The notes beneath the pieces are model-generated. The model was not told the DNA's origin. It did no database searches and was given only the letters and a program-made list of their open reading frames with translations. 64,000 nucleotides of DNA from Rickettsia typhi (GTDB lineage: Bacteria > Pseudomonadota > Alphaproteobacteria > Rickettsiales > UBA1997). The translations under genes were made by a program, and so were the position numbers. Location of the stretch: NCBI GenBank assembly GCA_945901265.1, contig CAMDJZ010000003.1, forward strand, positions 8,256-72,255, in the 5' to 3' direction. Of the stretch, positions 49,462 to 59,230 are shown piece by piece. Numbering within the stretch: the first letter of the stretch is position 1; each line of letters opens with the position of its first letter.

Positions 49462-49489
49462 TTAAAATAAACAATTCTTAACAAAAAAT

Positions 49490-50467
49490 ATGCATTATCA
49501 ACAAAAAGTTTATTTAAAATATAGTTTGTTGATTACTGTTTTTTTGTTTCTTTTGCCTTTTCAAATCAAGGCTAAAGATCAAGAAATGCAAGATTTTGTT
49601 GTTGTAAAAGTTAATAATAAAATTATTACTAACTCTGAAATTCAAGCGCGAATCCGTTATGTTATCAAAAGTACAAAAATTAAAATAGTTGACAATTTTG
49701 AACGAGAAATGCTTCATGGTCAAGTTGTAGATAAAATGATTGAAGAGGAATTAATCCGTCAAGAAGCTCAAAAATTAAATGTTACTGCGCCTCACGACGA
49801 GATTGAAAGCGCTCTAGAAATCACTGCACTTCATCGCAAAAATAACGTCGCTCAATTCAGATTTTTTTTACAAGAAAATAAGATGCCTCTAAATTATTTT
49901 AATAAATATCTTGAAGCTGAAATCCTCTGGTCAAAAATTGTCGCTGATAATTTTAGTAGCAAGATAAAGGTTACCGATCTTGAAATTGAAGAATTACTTG
50001 AGCAAGGAAAATCAAGGGTAGATGGTCGTTTATTTCTACTTGCAGAAATTGTTATCGGCAAAAATATGTTGCAAAATAATGGTACAAATAATGCATTAGA
50101 ATTTTCACAAAAAATTTTTTCTGATTTAGTGCGAGGTGCTGATTTTAAAGAGTTAGTGCGTCAATTCTCAGCAAGCATTAATGCCCAAAATAATGGCGAA
50201 ATTGGCTGGGTTACTCAGGGCGATATTGATCCCAAAATTTATCAGGCAATCAATAATTTACCAAAAAATTCTTACTCTAAGCCAATTTTGCTGGCTGATG
50301 GTTATCATATTTTTAAAGTTTTGGATAATCGAGTTGAGAAATTTTTAGATAGTAAAGAAGCTGATATGGCGCGAAATTTTATTTTTAGAAATAAACTTAA
50401 AAACTACGCCAAAGGCTATTTGATGGATGTTCGTAAAAAAGCTTTTATTGAGATTATTGAACAGTAA
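49490..50467 (+). CDS. SurA-like periplasmic chaperone / parvulin-type peptidyl-prolyl isomerase
   Basis: 325 aa. Signal peptide, SurA_N-like segment, parvulin block GEIGWVTQGDIDPKIYQAINNL...GYHIFKVLD. Confidence 0.75.
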   Translation: MHYQQKVYLKYSLLITVFLFLLPFQIKAKDQEMQDFVVVKVNNKIITNSEIQARIRYVIKSTKIKIVDNFEREMLHGQVVDKMIEEELIRQEAQKLNVTAPHDEIESALEITALHRKNNVAQFRFFLQENKMPLNYFNKYLEAEILWSKIVADNFSSKIKVTDLEIEELLEQGKSRVDGRLFLLAEIVIGKNMLQNNGTNNALEFSQKIFSDLVRGADFKELVRQFSASINAQNNGEIGWVTQGDIDPKIYQAINNLPKNSYSKPILLADGYHIFKVLDNRVEKFLDSKEADMARNFIFRNKLKNYAKGYLMDVRKKAFIEIIEQ

Positions 50468-50509
50468 ATTTTTACTGTAATAAATTAACTTGCCCTTTTT
50501 TAAAGATCA

Positions 50510-51376
50510 TTAAATGTTATTTAATTTTTTTGCTAGATTGCAAAAATCTTCAATTGATAATTGCTCAGCACGATCTTGTGGATTGATGTTGCAGCTTTCT
50601 AAAATCGCTATTGTATTTTCAAAAAAAACATTTTTTAAAGCTGATTTAATCATTTTGCGTCTTTGATTGAAAGCGAATGCAACAACTTTTTGTAATTTTT
50701 TTAAGTCAACTTTTTCATCAATTTCAGATCGAGGAATTATTTCAACAATTGCTGAAGTAATTTTTGGTGGTGGTGTAAACACATTTTTATCAACTGTAAA
50801 AAGCATTTTCGAAATGCATAAGAAATTTACCATTACTGCAATTCTTCCATAATGATCTTCATTAGTTTTGGCAACTATTCTTTGGACGACTTCTTTTTGA
50901 AGCATTAAATGCATTGAAATAATTTGCTTACGAAAACTTAGAAATTTAAAAAGTAGGGGAGTGCCGATATTATAAGGTAGATTGGCAATTATTTTAAATT
51001 TTTTATCACCAAATAATTTATTAAAATTTCCTTGCAAATTATCGTCATCGATAATTTCTAAAGCGTCACCCTCAATAATTTCCATGCGATCGCCATAAAA
51101 ATTTTTTAGCTCTTGAAGCGCTAAAATACAACGACGATCTTTTTCAATAATTATAAGTTTTTTTGCACCTGCATCAAGAATTGAACGCGATAAACTGCCA
51201 GGCCCACCACCAATTTCTAGAATTTCATAATCACTTAAATCACTTGCATTTCCAAGAGTGCTTCGAACTATTTTATCAGTAAAATTCTTATCAAAAATAA
51301 AATTTTGACCCAAGGATTTTTTGGAATCTAGTTGATATTTTTTTACCAATTCAGCAGTTGAGGGTAATTTTGACAT
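50510..51376 (-). CDS. rsmA: 16S rRNA (adenine1518/1519-N6)-dimethyltransferase
   Basis: 288 aa. KKSLGQNFIFDKNFTDKIV, ILEIGGGPGSLS, NLPYNIGTP. Confidence 0.93.
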   Translation of the reverse strand: MSKLPSTAELVKKYQLDSKKSLGQNFIFDKNFTDKIVRSTLGNASDLSDYEILEIGGGPGSLSRSILDAGAKKLIIIEKDRRCILALQELKNFYGDRMEIIEGDALEIIDDDNLQGNFNKLFGDKKFKIIANLPYNIGTPLLFKFLSFRKQIISMHLMLQKEVVQRIVAKTNEDHYGRIAVMVNFLCISKMLFTVDKNVFTPPPKITSAIVEIIPRSEIDEKVDLKKLQKVVAFAFNQRRKMIKSALKNVFFENTIAILESCNINPQDRAEQLSIEDFCNLAKKLNNI

Positions 51377-51400
51377 TTGCGTTTTTAAGATTCTTAAAAA

Positions 51401-52516
51401 TTACAAAAGCTCGTTAATTGGATCAAAATAATGATGATTCAAAGCTTTAGCAACTTCTTCATGAGTAACTTTTCCGCCATAAATATTTAAACCTGCTAAC
51501 AAATTTCTATCTTCGCTTAAGGCTTTTTTAAAACCCTTATTAGCAATTGCCAAAGCAAAAGGTAAAGTTGAATTTTCTAACGCTTGCGTTGAAGTTCTTG
51601 CAACTGCTCCAGGCATATTAGTAACGCAATAATGAATTACGCCATCCACCTCGTAAGTTGGATTGCTGTGAGTAGTTGGACGGCTAGTTTCAAAACATCC
51701 GCCTTGATCAATAGAAATATCAACCATCACTGCACCTTTCTTCATTTTTTTAACTATTTTAGATGTAACTAGTTTTGGGGCGGTTGCTCCTGGAATTAAA
51801 ACTGCTCCAATTACCAAATCAGCATCAATAACATTTTTTTCAATATTTTCAATAGAGGCATAAAGAACCGTTACTGAATTTTGAAAAATATCGCTCAAGT
51901 AGCGAATGCGCGCAAGTGATTTGTCGAGTATAACAACTTCTGCACCCATGCCAATTGCAACTTTACAAGCATTAGTTCCAGCAACTCCTCCACCTAAAAT
52001 AACTACTTTTCCTCTGACAGCGCCAGGAACTCCACCAAGTAAAATTCCTCTACCGCCTTGAGATTTTTCAAGTGATCTCGCCCCAGCTTGAATTGATAAT
52101 TTTCCAGCAACTTCACTCATTGGCGCAAGAAGTGGTAAGGATTTATCAGGAGCAGTTACAGTTTCAAAAGCAATTGCTATGCAGCCAGAATTCATTAACG
52201 CTTTGGTTAAATCAGCTTCGGCAGCTAGATGCAAATAAGAAAAAATAATTTGATTTTTGCGAATCATTTCGCATTCGCTTTTTTGAGGTTCTTTAACTTT
52301 CAAAATCATCTCCGCTTTTTGAAAAATTTCCTTAGCGCTATCAACAATTTTTGCGCCTGATGCTTCATATTGTTCATCGCTAAAATCAATTGCCAAACCT
52401 AATGATTTTTGAACTAAAACTTGATGACCGGCATTAACGAATTCTCCTACACCTGATGGCGTTAGAGCGCTACGATATTCATGATCTTTTATTTCTTTGG
52501 GAACGCCTATTAACAT
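51401..52516 (-). CDS. ald: Alanine dehydrogenase
   Basis: 371 aa. MLIGVPKEIKDHEYRSALTP, NAD fold VVILGGGVAGTNA, HYCVTNMPGAV. Confidence 0.93.
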   Translation of the reverse strand: MLIGVPKEIKDHEYRSALTPSGVGEFVNAGHQVLVQKSLGLAIDFSDEQYEASGAKIVDSAKEIFQKAEMILKVKEPQKSECEMIRKNQIIFSYLHLAAEADLTKALMNSGCIAIAFETVTAPDKSLPLLAPMSEVAGKLSIQAGARSLEKSQGGRGILLGGVPGAVRGKVVILGGGVAGTNACKVAIGMGAEVVILDKSLARIRYLSDIFQNSVTVLYASIENIEKNVIDADLVIGAVLIPGATAPKLVTSKIVKKMKKGAVMVDISIDQGGCFETSRPTTHSNPTYEVDGVIHYCVTNMPGAVARTSTQALENSTLPFALAIANKGFKKALSEDRNLLAGLNIYGGKVTHEEVAKALNHHYFDPINELL

Positions 52517-52532
52517 AAAACTCCTTAATTGA

Positions 52533-53153
52533 TTATTTAATTTTTGAAATTTTTTTCAAATGAACAATATTGCTTTCCTGAGATGTTATACTTGGATAAA
52601 GCTCATATTCAAATGTAAAGTTTTTTTTACTATCATTAATTTCAGACTGTAAATTCTTGCCTTTTAAAAATAAACAAAAACCTTCAGATTTTAAAAATTT
52701 AACAGAATGTTCAAGTAATTTTGGTAAGGGCGCTAAAGCTCTAGATATAATGCAATCAAATTGTAAATTAGATAATTCTTCTAATTTTGAATTTTGAATA
52801 AAAATGCGATTAGTTGAAAGATTTTTCGCTTCGCGCAAAAATTCACTTTTACGAAATGATTTTTCAATAAGATGAATTTCTTTTAAACCAAGAATCGATA
52901 AAATAACTCCCGGCAATCCAGCTCCTGAGCCAAAATCAGCAAATTTTAAATTTATATTTTCAATGTATTTTATTAATTGCGCGCAATCTAAAATATGGCG
53001 TTGCCAAATATCATCTTCTGTGGATTTGCCAATAAAATTATAGTTTTGATTGCGACTTAGCAAAAGCAAAACATATTCTTCTAAGCTCTTTTCTTGCTGG
53101 GTAGTAAGTTGCAAAAATTTTTTAATTTGCAAAAAGCATAAATTCTTTGGCAT
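52533..53153 (-). CDS. rsmG: 16S rRNA (guanine527-N7)-methyltransferase
   Basis: WQRHILDCAQL, DFGSGAGLPGV. The start is placed at MPKNLCF (53153) by length comparison with E. coli RsmG. The ORF track starts at 53183, inside a 14-nt tandem repeat. Confidence 0.85.
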   Translation of the reverse strand: MPKNLCFLQIKKFLQLTTQQEKSLEEYVLLLLSRNQNYNFIGKSTEDDIWQRHILDCAQLIKYIENINLKFADFGSGAGLPGVILSILGLKEIHLIEKSFRKSEFLREAKNLSTNRIFIQNSKLEELSNLQFDCIISRALAPLPKLLEHSVKFLKSEGFCLFLKGKNLQSEINDSKKNFTFEYELYPSITSQESNIVHLKKISKIK

Positions 53154-53191
53154 AAATTCTTTGGTACAAATTATTTGGTACAAATCTTTTT
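53136..53191. repeat. 14-nt tandem repeat x4 (gcataaattctttg x2, gtacaaattatttg, gtacaaatctttt) spanning the rsmG start region
   Basis: Read directly. The unit length is not a multiple of 3. Confidence 0.9.
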
Positions 53192-53369
53192 AGCTTTCAA
53201 TTTTTAACATTTTTAATTTAAATTTGAAAAAAAATAAAATTTAGAATTGATTTTTAAGTCTTATGTTTTCTAGTTGCAATTACTTTTTTATTTTTTATTA
53301 AAAATCTTTTTCTTGACGCTTAATTGTAAAAGTCTTAAAAAATTAATCGTTATTTTTTAAATAAAACAT

Positions 53370-53424
53370 CAAATAAAAACACCAAATAAAAACACTAAGT
53401 AAAATTACAACGAAAATTACAACG
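53370..53424. repeat. Two adjacent perfect micro-duplications (caaataaaaacac x2, aaaattacaacg x2) 8 nt upstream of the aldolase start
   Basis: Read directly: 53370-53395 and 53401-53424. Confidence 0.9.
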
Positions 53425-53432
53425 CAAAATTT

Positions 53433-54362
53433 ATGAAAGTTTCTTCTAAAGTAAAAAAAATCTTATCTTATTATGAAAGTGATAGTCCTGGAACAAAGAC
53501 TAATCTTGCTCGAATCATGATGCATGGTAAATTATCTGGAACTGGTAAAATGGTGATCTTGCCAGTTGACCAAGGTTTTGAACATGGTCCGGATCGTAGT
53601 TTTGCAGTTAATCCTGATGCTTACGATCCCCATTACCATTATGAATTGGCAGTTGAAGCTGGTCTTAACGCATATGCCGCACCACTTGGAATGCTAGAAG
53701 CTGGCGCTGATAGTTTTGCTGGAGAAATTCCAACAATTCTGAAAGTTAATTCTTCAAATTCCCTACATAATGGCGGAACAGCTCCGCATCAAGCTACAAC
53801 AGCATCAGTTAAGGACGCTTTGCGACTTGGTTGTAGCGCAATTGGCTTTACAATTTATCCAGGATCTGACGCGGCATTTGATATGTTTGAAGAAATTCGC
53901 GAGATTTCGCAAGAAGCAAAATCTTACGGTTTAGCAGTTGTTATCTGGTCTTATCCGCGCGGTGGTGATTTGTCAAAAATTGGTGAAACAGCTATTGATA
54001 TTTGTTCATATGCAACTCACATTGCGGCATTACTTGGTGCGCATATTATCAAAGTTAAGCCACCAACTCAAGCCCTAGAAAATCTTGATGCAATTAAAGT
54101 TTATGAAAAATTAAAAATCGAAGTAGATACTCTTGAAAATCGCATTAAGCATGTTATAAAATCTGCTTTTGCAGGTCGAAGAATTGTAGTATTTTCTGGA
54201 GGCAATGCCAAAGGTCAAGAAGATATTTACAGTGAAATTCGTGAAATCTACAAAGGTGGTGCAAATGGCTCTATTATTGGGCGAAATACCTTTCAACGTC
54301 CAAGAGATGAAGCATTGACAATGCTCGATAATATCATAAAAATTTATCTAGGAAAATTTTAA
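53433..54362 (+). CDS. fbaB: Class I fructose-bisphosphate aldolase (FbaB/DhnA type)
   Basis: 309 aa. GTGKMVILPVDQGFEHGP...FAVNPDAYDP and IIKVKPP (Schiff-base Lys region) parallel E. coli FbaB (GTGYLSILPVDQGVEHS...FAANPLYFDP). Confidence 0.85.
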   Translation: MKVSSKVKKILSYYESDSPGTKTNLARIMMHGKLSGTGKMVILPVDQGFEHGPDRSFAVNPDAYDPHYHYELAVEAGLNAYAAPLGMLEAGADSFAGEIPTILKVNSSNSLHNGGTAPHQATTASVKDALRLGCSAIGFTIYPGSDAAFDMFEEIREISQEAKSYGLAVVIWSYPRGGDLSKIGETAIDICSYATHIAALLGAHIIKVKPPTQALENLDAIKVYEKLKIEVDTLENRIKHVIKSAFAGRRIVVFSGGNAKGQEDIYSEIREIYKGGANGSIIGRNTFQRPRDEALTMLDNIIKIYLGKF

Positions 54363-54410
54363 TTATCAAAATATTTCAAATAATTAGATAAATTTTTTTT
54401 AATATTTTTT

Positions 54411-54440
54411 AAAAACTATTAAATTTATTAATAGTTTTTT
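54411..54440 (+). terminator. Possible bidirectional AT-only hairpin terminator
   Basis: AAAAACTATTAA-attta-TTAATAGTTTTT plus one further T. A 12-bp stem with no G:C-rich core, so it is weak. Confidence 0.35.
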
Positions 54441-54703
54441 AATATTCCTAAGTAAATTTATTAAAAGCATAAAATAAACCAATCCTAGATTATCAAAGGC
54501 TTGTTGTTTATTGTGAGTTGTCATGCTGTATTTTTTTAAAACAATTTAAAAAAAATCATTTGCCTTTAAAATAAAAAAAACTCCCCCTATTAAGACTGAA
54601 ATCTATTTTCTGTACCCATCAAATTTTTGCAAACTAACTAGCTTTGTTAGGAGTAAAACTTTTGATGTTGTAAAGTCCAAGTTAAAACTTTTATTTAAAA
54701 ATT

Positions 54704-55654
54704 ATGAAAAATAAAGCTTTCTCAATTCTCGAGTTATCGATTGTTGTTCTTATTATCGGTATCTTAGTTGCTGGCGTCACGCAATCTTCACGATTAGTTA
54801 AGCAGATTAAAATTGCTACAGCAAGAAGCCTCACTAAAAGTTCTCCTATTCCTGGTATTAAAGATTTGGCACTTTGGTTAGAACCAACAATGGATGAAAG
54901 TTTTATTGAAATTCAAACCGATGATGATTATAAATTAACTCAATGGAATGATGTAAATCCGCAAAATACCACTAAATATTACGCAGTTAAAACTGGCTCA
55001 ACATCTGTTACTTATACTTCTAGTGGAATTAACAATATTCCTTCGGTAAAGTTTACTGGCGACTCAGGAACTAATGGATATTTTGTGCTATCAACATCTA
55101 GTTCCACTTCCCAAGCTTCTAAATTAAAAACTTTTGGCAATAGATTCACATTCTTTGTTGTCTCTAAACCAGAAATTGAAGTCGTCGGAAAATTCAGAGC
55201 AACTTTCTTCAACTCGCCAGATGCTTCATCTGATGGTTGGGGACATATTAAAACTGCTGATGGCAAAAGAGGTATCTTGTTTAATGATAGTATGTTATGT
55301 TCAACTAACACCGCTAACTCTAATTCTATAGGTGAAATTATGACCGCGGTTTACGAAGGTGTTGTTACGGGTAATATGACGATTTATATCAATGGCAATG
55401 CTGAAACTACATCGGTGGCAAGTCAATCGGGAAGTGGATCAACATATGTAGATGATAATTCTACTGACGCTTCTTATTCGCCACTAACTTCAATTCCAGC
55501 TTTATATATTGGTAGCATTGGCGGCCCAGGTAATGAAACTTTCAAGGGTTTAATTAGCGAAATTATTATTTATGATCGAGTTCTACGTAATGAAGAGCGC
55601 AAAAGTATTGAAAAATATTTGGGCAAAAAATTCGGTATAAAAATTACTGAATAA
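54704..55654 (+). CDS. Prepilin-type N-terminal methylation-domain protein with LamG-like C-terminal domain, paralog B
   Basis: MKNKA/FSILELSIVVLIIGILVAG leader. C-terminus FKGLISEIIIYDRVLRNEERKSIEKYLGKKFGIKITE. Clear paralog of 33392..34270 along its whole length. Confidence 0.78.
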   Translation: MKNKAFSILELSIVVLIIGILVAGVTQSSRLVKQIKIATARSLTKSSPIPGIKDLALWLEPTMDESFIEIQTDDDYKLTQWNDVNPQNTTKYYAVKTGSTSVTYTSSGINNIPSVKFTGDSGTNGYFVLSTSSSTSQASKLKTFGNRFTFFVVSKPEIEVVGKFRATFFNSPDASSDGWGHIKTADGKRGILFNDSMLCSTNTANSNSIGEIMTAVYEGVVTGNMTIYINGNAETTSVASQSGSGSTYVDDNSTDASYSPLTSIPALYIGSIGGPGNETFKGLISEIIIYDRVLRNEERKSIEKYLGKKFGIKITE

Positions 55655-55800
55655 ATTATTTAATTCATACTAATTACACCACATTTAAAATCGCTTTATC
55701 TTACTTCCAAAAGTCCTCAAATTTAAATAAAATTATCTACAGCTAAGCTATTTGAAACCCAAGATAAATTTCCTTGTAAAAATTAAAATTTATTATGAAA

Positions 55801-56736
55801 TTAATTTTTGCGAATTTTTTTTGGTAAAGCAAAAAATACATTTTCTTCAATTCCTTCCATATCGCAAACCTTGACATCATCGCCAAAAATTTCTTTAATT
55901 TTAGTGATAACTTCCTGAATAAGAATTTCTGGAGCTGATGCACCAGCAGTAAGACCAATATTTTCAACATTGTTAAACCAATTTCTTTGAATATCTTTAG
56001 CTTCATTTATCAAATATGAAGGCAATCCTGATTCTTCGCCAAGATCACGTAAACGATTTGAATTAGAAGAATTTTTGGCACCAATCACCAATAAAATATC
56101 AGCAATTTTTGCTAATTTTTTTACAGCATCTTGGCGATTTTGAGTTGCGTAGCAAATATCCTTAGTTGCTAAGCCTTTTTGTAATTGCGGAAATCTCGCT
56201 TCAAGAATATCAACAATTTTTTTAGTATCGTCAACGCTTAGAGTAGTTTGAGTTACAAAGGCAATTTTTTGAGGATTTTTTATTTCAATTTTTTTGGCAT
56301 CTTCTTCATTGGTTACTAAAATTACTTCTTTTTTAACTCTGCCTCTCGTTCCTTCAACTTCGGGATGTCCACGATGTCCAATAAGAATTATTTCATAACC
56401 ATCTTCCTCATGTTTTTTTGCTTCGCGATGAACTTTACTTACCAAAGGGCAGGTGGCATCAATTACATCCAATCCACGATTTAACGCATCATCTTCAACA
56501 CGATCCGAAACGCCATGCGCGGAAAAAATTGTAATTGCCCCTTCAGGAATTTTATTAACTTCATTAACAAAAATTGCGCCTTTTTTTTGTAAAGTTTCAA
56601 CGACAAATTTATTGTGAACAATTTCGTGACGAACATAAACAGGTGCGCCGAATTTATCAATGGCCTTTTCAACAGTTTCAATTGCGCGTCTTACACCAGC
56701 ACAGAATCCGCGTGGTTTTGCTAAAATAATTTGCAT
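55801..56736 (-). CDS. ispH: 4-hydroxy-3-methylbut-2-enyl diphosphate reductase
   Basis: 311 aa. RGFCAGVRRAI, DATCPLVSKVH, ICYATQNRQ (three Fe-S cysteines). Confidence 0.95.
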   Translation of the reverse strand: MQIILAKPRGFCAGVRRAIETVEKAIDKFGAPVYVRHEIVHNKFVVETLQKKGAIFVNEVNKIPEGAITIFSAHGVSDRVEDDALNRGLDVIDATCPLVSKVHREAKKHEEDGYEIILIGHRGHPEVEGTRGRVKKEVILVTNEEDAKKIEIKNPQKIAFVTQTTLSVDDTKKIVDILEARFPQLQKGLATKDICYATQNRQDAVKKLAKIADILLVIGAKNSSNSNRLRDLGEESGLPSYLINEAKDIQRNWFNNVENIGLTAGASAPEILIQEVITKIKEIFGDDVKVCDMEGIEENVFFALPKKIRKN

Positions 56737-56962
56737 ATTTAAGTTTAAGTTTTTAATTAAGTTTTAATTTAAAATTTTATTAGGAATTATTAATTTAAGT
56801 TTGTTTTGTTGATTGCTTTTAAAACTTCTCTATTTAAAATATTATAGCTTAGTAAAAATTAAAGCAATTTTTTAAAATTCTTGCATTTTATTTTTTAAAT
56901 TTAGCGAGTATAAAAGCAAGTTAGTAAATAAATATAACAAGTAAATATTACATTGGGTCGCA

Positions 56963-57661
56963 ATGATTTCATATTTTTTAAAATTAAAAAATTTTGATAA
57001 AAACTTTAAATTCTTTACCCCTCTTTTTGGAGCGCTCCTCGTATTTTTTTTCTTTAGCGCAATATTTTCAATAAGTAATTCTCCCCTTGATTATCAACAA
57101 GGCAACGCTGTTAAGATGATGTATGTTCATGTGCCGTGCGCGTGGATGTCATTGTTGATTTATTGTTTACTGGCCTTGTTTAATTTAGCTGGATTTGTTT
57201 GGAAAAATCCTTTCTTTTATATCATTGCGCGATCAATTGCCTTGATTGGCTGTCTATTTTCTTTTGTAACTCTAATAACTGGTAGCATATGGGGGAAGCC
57301 AATTTGGGGCGCTTGGTGGGTTTGGGATGCGCGTTTAACTTCGATGTTAATTTTGTTTTTTTTATATTTGGGTTATTTGCTTTTAGTTGATAGTTTTGCA
57401 GATAAAAACAAGGGCCAGAAGGTTGGGGCGATAATCTCAATTATTGGTTTTATCAATATTCCAATTATAAAATTCTCAGTTGATTATTGGAATTCCCTAC
57501 ATCAAAAAGCTAGCATAATTCGCTCACAAGGTATTTCCATAGATCCACAAATGTTAAAACCATTAATCCTAATGTTTTTACTCTGTTTATGTTATTTTAT
57601 ATTTTTATCATTAATATTAGTTAAAAATCAATTAATGTTAAAAAAACTAGTTAATCAATAA
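56963..57661 (+). CDS. ccmC: Cytochrome c maturation heme exporter subunit CcmC
   Basis: 232 aa, 6 TM. Trp-rich motif WGKPIWGAWWVWDARLTS. Confidence 0.9.
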   Translation: MISYFLKLKNFDKNFKFFTPLFGALLVFFFFSAIFSISNSPLDYQQGNAVKMMYVHVPCAWMSLLIYCLLALFNLAGFVWKNPFFYIIARSIALIGCLFSFVTLITGSIWGKPIWGAWWVWDARLTSMLILFFLYLGYLLLVDSFADKNKGQKVGAIISIIGFINIPIIKFSVDYWNSLHQKASIIRSQGISIDPQMLKPLILMFLLCLCYFIFLSLILVKNQLMLKKLVNQ

Positions 57662-57667
57662 TAAAAT

Positions 57668-57988
57668 ATGACATACGTTGTTACGGATAATTGTGTATTA
57701 TGCAAATATACAGACTGTGTTACAGTTTGCCCAGTTGATTGTTTTTACGAAGGTAATAACATGCTGGTAATCGATCCAGATGCTTGTATTGATTGCGGAG
57801 TTTGTGTTATTGAATGTCCAGCTGAAGCAATTTCTGCTGAATCTAGCGAATTAACCAAATGGGTTGAAATCAATAGAACCTACGCCAAGAAATGGCCAAA
57901 TATTACCAAAAAAAAACCAGCATTAACTGAAGCCAAAGAAATGGATGGAAAGAAAAATAAATTTGAAAATTTTTTTGATCCATCATAA
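57668..57988 (+). CDS. fdxA: Ferredoxin, FdxA type (7Fe/2x[4Fe-4S] fold)
   Basis: [29 protein letters not shown]...[16 protein letters not shown]. Confidence 0.92.
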   Translation: MTYVVTDNCVLCKYTDCVTVCPVDCFYEGNNMLVIDPDACIDCGVCVIECPAEAISAESSELTKWVEINRTYAKKWPNITKKKPALTEAKEMDGKKNKFENFFDPS

Positions 57989-58054
57989 AACCTTCATAAA
58001 TAAATCATAAATCAATATTTATTTCATAACTTCTCTAAAAAAATAATTTAAAAA

Positions 58055-58777
58055 ATGTTGAATATCTCCAGCAATATCAAGGCTCTAGAAAAATTACCAA
58101 AACCTCAAGCAATTATTTTTGACTGGGATAATACCCTCGTTGATACCTGGCCATTAATTCAAAAAGCCATTAATGTTACAATGGAAAAAATGGCCAAACC
58201 ATTATGGACCTTAGATCAAGTGCGTGACAATGTTCATAAATCAATGCGCGATTATTTTCCAGATATTTTTGGAGATAGGTGGCAAGAGGCTGGTGAAATT
58301 TACCGAAATGCCTACCAAGCGATTAACATTGAGCAAATTCAACTATTGCCAAATTCTCTTGAATTAATTAAAACCATAAAAGACGCCAAAATTTTACAAT
58401 TTTTAATTAGCAATAAAGTTGGCGCAACTCTTCGAAGGGAAGTAAAAAAATTGCAAATAGAACAATATTTTTTTTCAGCAATTGGTGCACTCGATGCCAA
58501 TTTTGATAAACCTCATCAAAGTGCCATTGATCTAGCCTTAATGCTTAGTGACATTGATTTAAAAAAAGATTGCATCTGGTTTGTTGGTGATACAATTTCT
58601 GATGTTGAATGTGCATATAACACCCGATGTCATCCAATTATCTACGGCCATTCTTCCCATAAAATTTCAAATTCAATTTCCCAAGAAATTATTGAAAATG
58701 GTTTTAATAATTCGGGAATTATTCCACTTTATTTTAATCATCAAGAACTAGTTTCCGTGATTAAAAATTTGCTTTAA
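58055..58777 (+). CDS. HAD-superfamily phosphatase
   Basis: 240 aa. Motif I IIFDWDNTLVDT, motif III/IV region FVGDTISDVE. Confidence 0.72.
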   Translation: MLNISSNIKALEKLPKPQAIIFDWDNTLVDTWPLIQKAINVTMEKMAKPLWTLDQVRDNVHKSMRDYFPDIFGDRWQEAGEIYRNAYQAINIEQIQLLPNSLELIKTIKDAKILQFLISNKVGATLRREVKKLQIEQYFFSAIGALDANFDKPHQSAIDLALMLSDIDLKKDCIWFVGDTISDVECAYNTRCHPIIYGHSSHKISNSISQEIIENGFNNSGIIPLYFNHQELVSVIKNLL

Positions 58778-59230
58778 AAAATATTAAAAATTTCATTTAA
58801 AAAAGTAAAATTAACCTCAAATAATTTTAGTTTTATTTTGGCAATGTTTGTTAAATTTAAATCAATTCCCATCCCTCATATTGCAGGATATTTTATAAAT
58901 TTTGTCATAATTACAAACAGTTATTATTCTTATGTTTAATATAATAAAAAAAACTTGAGCAAAATTTTACCTACCGTTAATAAATTTGAATTGAATAATT
59001 TTTTAAATTTATCTCAAAAAATATTCTGTTTATGTTCATTAGTTTTTATTAAAAATATTTTAATAAAATAATGCTATTTCCACCTTTAAAATCAGGAATT
59101 TAATTTAAAGGCGAGTCTGCGTAAATACTAGATAATCTAGGTTGCGCAAAGACAAGCCCTTAAAAAATTCAAATCCCTTATTTTAAAGGCGTATTTGTTA
59201 CTAACATACTTCAATTGAAAAAAAATTGTA

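Noticed and set aside
59128-59140. Palindrome CTAGAT-A-ATCTAG, and a duplicated TTAAAGGCG (59105 and 59184), upstream of the giant ORF
   Set aside because: These could be regulatory, but they are short, there is no second occurrence upstream of the other orphan gene, and there is no regulator in the window to link them to. That is too weak to call.
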